DNA of 29,786 nucleotides from an uncultured Syntrophomonas sp. (GTDB lineage Bacteria; Bacillota; Syntrophomonadia; Syntrophomonadales; Syntrophomonadaceae): NCBI GenBank assembly GCA_964510795.1, contig CAZEDT010000034.1, positions 10,905 to 40,690 of the forward strand, read 5' to 3'. Shown piece by piece: positions 28,353 to 29,786 of this stretch (position 1 is its first letter; each line of letters starts with the position of its first letter). The notes under the pieces were generated by a model. It saw only the letters and a program-made list of their open reading frames with translations, ran no database searches and was not told where the DNA came from. The position numbers and the translations under genes were made by a program.

Positions 28353-28604
28353 ACCAGAGGGGTTAAGAATTGGAATTTGAATGAGCTGTAGTTTTAGACA
28401 GATTTATAATTTCATGGGCTAAGGTTTTATCAAACGATTTCGTAAAAAAATTGTTTTTTAGACATTTTCCCCTAATCAGATATTGTGTTCAACAAATTAA
28501 TGGGACAATGTGTAATGGCATAGTGGAACAGTCGCGGTAGCTGGCATGGGAGCCATTGTTATGGGGTTTAAGGAGGTTTTTTTGCAGGCGAATGGCTTAA
28601 TGGG

Positions 28605-28635
28605 CACAATGTAACCGGTGAAAGGTTACATTGTG
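28605..28635. promoter_or_regulatory. Palindromic operator / candidate upstream activating sequence
   Basis: CACAATGTAACC - GGTGAAA - GGTTACATTGTG, perfect 12-bp arms with 7-bp spacer. Confidence 0.7.
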
Positions 28636-28727
28636 TAACGGTTATTTAACCACAACTTTATATGGTAAAGCTAATTAAATGAGGTATTTAGGCACCTCGG
28701 AGCAGAATTGAGCTTTGCTTAGGGGGG

Positions 28728-28743
28728 TGGCATGAAATTTGCA
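28728..28743 (+). promoter_or_regulatory. Sigma-54 (-24/-12) promoter
   Basis: TGGCATG-AAAT-TTGCA matches TGGCAYG-N4-TTGCW exactly, ~160 bp upstream of the dehydratase start codon. Confidence 0.78.
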
Positions 28744-28905
28744 ATATTAGTTGCTAAGTTGATTGACTAACATTACATTACAAAGGTTCACGGAATATAA
28801 TGGAGCTTTGGTTGACATAGCCCGAAAATATTCCCTTAAGACTACAGTAAGTAGTATCTGAATGGTATTGCTATATAATATTTATGAGGAGAAGGGGTAG
28901 AAATA

Positions 28906-29786
28906 ATGAGAACATCACAACAATATTTAGAAAAACTAGCCAGTATGAGACCCAATATTTATTTGGACGGACAATGCATAGGTCGTGATCATCCTAAGGT
29001 TGTACATGCCAGTCAGGCAATTCAATTAACCTTTGACAAAGCAAATGATCCAGAGTACAGCAAATGGCTGACCACCACTTCTCATATTAGCGGTAAGCCC
29101 ATTAATCGGTTTAACCATATTCACCAATCAGCTGATGATCTGCTTCTGAAGCAGGAGATGACCCGCAAAATGTGTAACCTCATCGGCGGATGTATTCAGA
29201 GATGTATGGGTGCCGATTCCATGAATGGACTATCAGTTGCCACCAAAAATGCTGACCTCAAGTATGGGACCAACTATCATGAAAGATGGCTTAAATATCT
29301 TGAATACTTTCAGGAAAATGACCTGATAGGTGCAGCTTCCCAGACCGACGCTAAAGGCGACCGCAGCCTGAGACCAGCCCAACAGGCTGATCCTGATATG
29401 TATTTGCACGTGGTAGAGAGAAGAGATGACGGTGTTGTAGTTAGAGGTGCCAAGCTGCACAATACCATGGCACCCTATTCTGATGAACTGTTGGTCTTCC
29501 CAACCCGCGCTCTGGGTAAAGATGAAAAGGATTATGCGATTGCCTTTGCTATTCCAGCCGACGCCGAAGGAATATATCTGATTGGCCGTCAAGCATTTTC
29601 TCTGGAGAGAGAAGAAGGCATGGAAGCTCCGTATACTGATCTGGCTGATATTGAGAGCATGACCGTTTTTGACAACGTATTTGTACCTAACGAAAGAATC
29701 TTTCTGAATGGCGAAACCGATATCGGAGGCGAACTGGCTCTGCTGTTTGCCTTGTACCACAGGCACAGCTATTGTGGCTGCAAACC
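28906..29786 (+). CDS. abfD: 4-hydroxybutyryl-CoA dehydratase / vinylacetyl-CoA delta-isomerase family protein, 3' end outside window
   Basis: ATG at 28906 after 'gaggagaagggg'; 'MRTSQQYLEKLASMRPNIYLDG...INRFNHIHQSADDL...GGCIQRCMGADSMN...KYGTNYHERWLKYLEYFQENDLIGAASQTDAKGDRSLRP...VVRGAKLHNT...YHRHSYCGCK'. Not in the ORF track because the frame runs off the window. Confidence 0.9.
   Translation, partial: MRTSQQYLEKLASMRPNIYLDGQCIGRDHPKVVHASQAIQLTFDKANDPEYSKWLTTTSHISGKPINRFNHIHQSADDLLLKQEMTRKMCNLIGGCIQRCMGADSMNGLSVATKNADLKYGTNYHERWLKYLEYFQENDLIGAASQTDAKGDRSLRPAQQADPDMYLHVVERRDDGVVVRGAKLHNTMAPYSDELLVFPTRALGKDEKDYAIAFAIPADAEGIYLIGRQAFSLEREEGMEAPYTDLADIESMTVFDNVFVPNERIFLNGETDIGGELALLFALYHRHSYCGCK

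Noticed and set aside
28540-28565. 'ctggcatgggagccattgtt' considered as a second sigma-54 promoter
   Set aside because: Spacing between the GG-like and TTG-like elements does not fit -24/-12 geometry, unlike 28728-28743.
29233-29766. 177-aa minus-strand ORF listed in the track
   Set aside because: Antisense to the clearly conserved dehydratase reading frame that starts at 28906 and runs off the window.

Overview
Firmicutes-like chromosomal window, with both ends falling inside genes. Main content, left to right: (1) a cell-surface Big2 repeat protein, open at the 5' edge, with two apparently identical 252-bp units; (2) a secreted RHS/YD-repeat polymorphic toxin gene (2701-6765) whose C-terminal domain resembles the cholera/LT enterotoxin A ADP-ribosyltransferase (ART) fold, followed with zero spacing by a 140-aa putative immunity gene and then 4 bp later by a NADAR-family gene, with a terminator after the NADAR gene; (3) an eroded mobile-element region (small phage-like ORFs, truncated Prim-Pol primase, truncated tyrosine recombinase, 3' fragment of a tRNA-Leu-like gene that looks like an att scar); (4) a structured-RNA candidate and a ~65-nt element present twice in inverted orientation around a DUF3788 / GyrI-like / WYL-regulator cluster; (5) ordinary chromosomal genes (GGDEF, DegV, DUF4153, uvsE, DUF3795); (6) three acyl-CoA ligases, two copper-amine-oxidase-like stalk-domain proteins (one with a parvulin PPIase), and a 3'-truncated 4-hydroxybutyryl-CoA dehydratase gene preceded by a consensus sigma-54 promoter and a 12-bp-arm palindrome. 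The strongest candidate for a novel system is the RHS-ART toxin / immunity / NADAR operon, where NADAR could be an enzymatic second immunity layer that reverses ADP-ribosylation. Family calls come from recognised motifs; no database search was possible.
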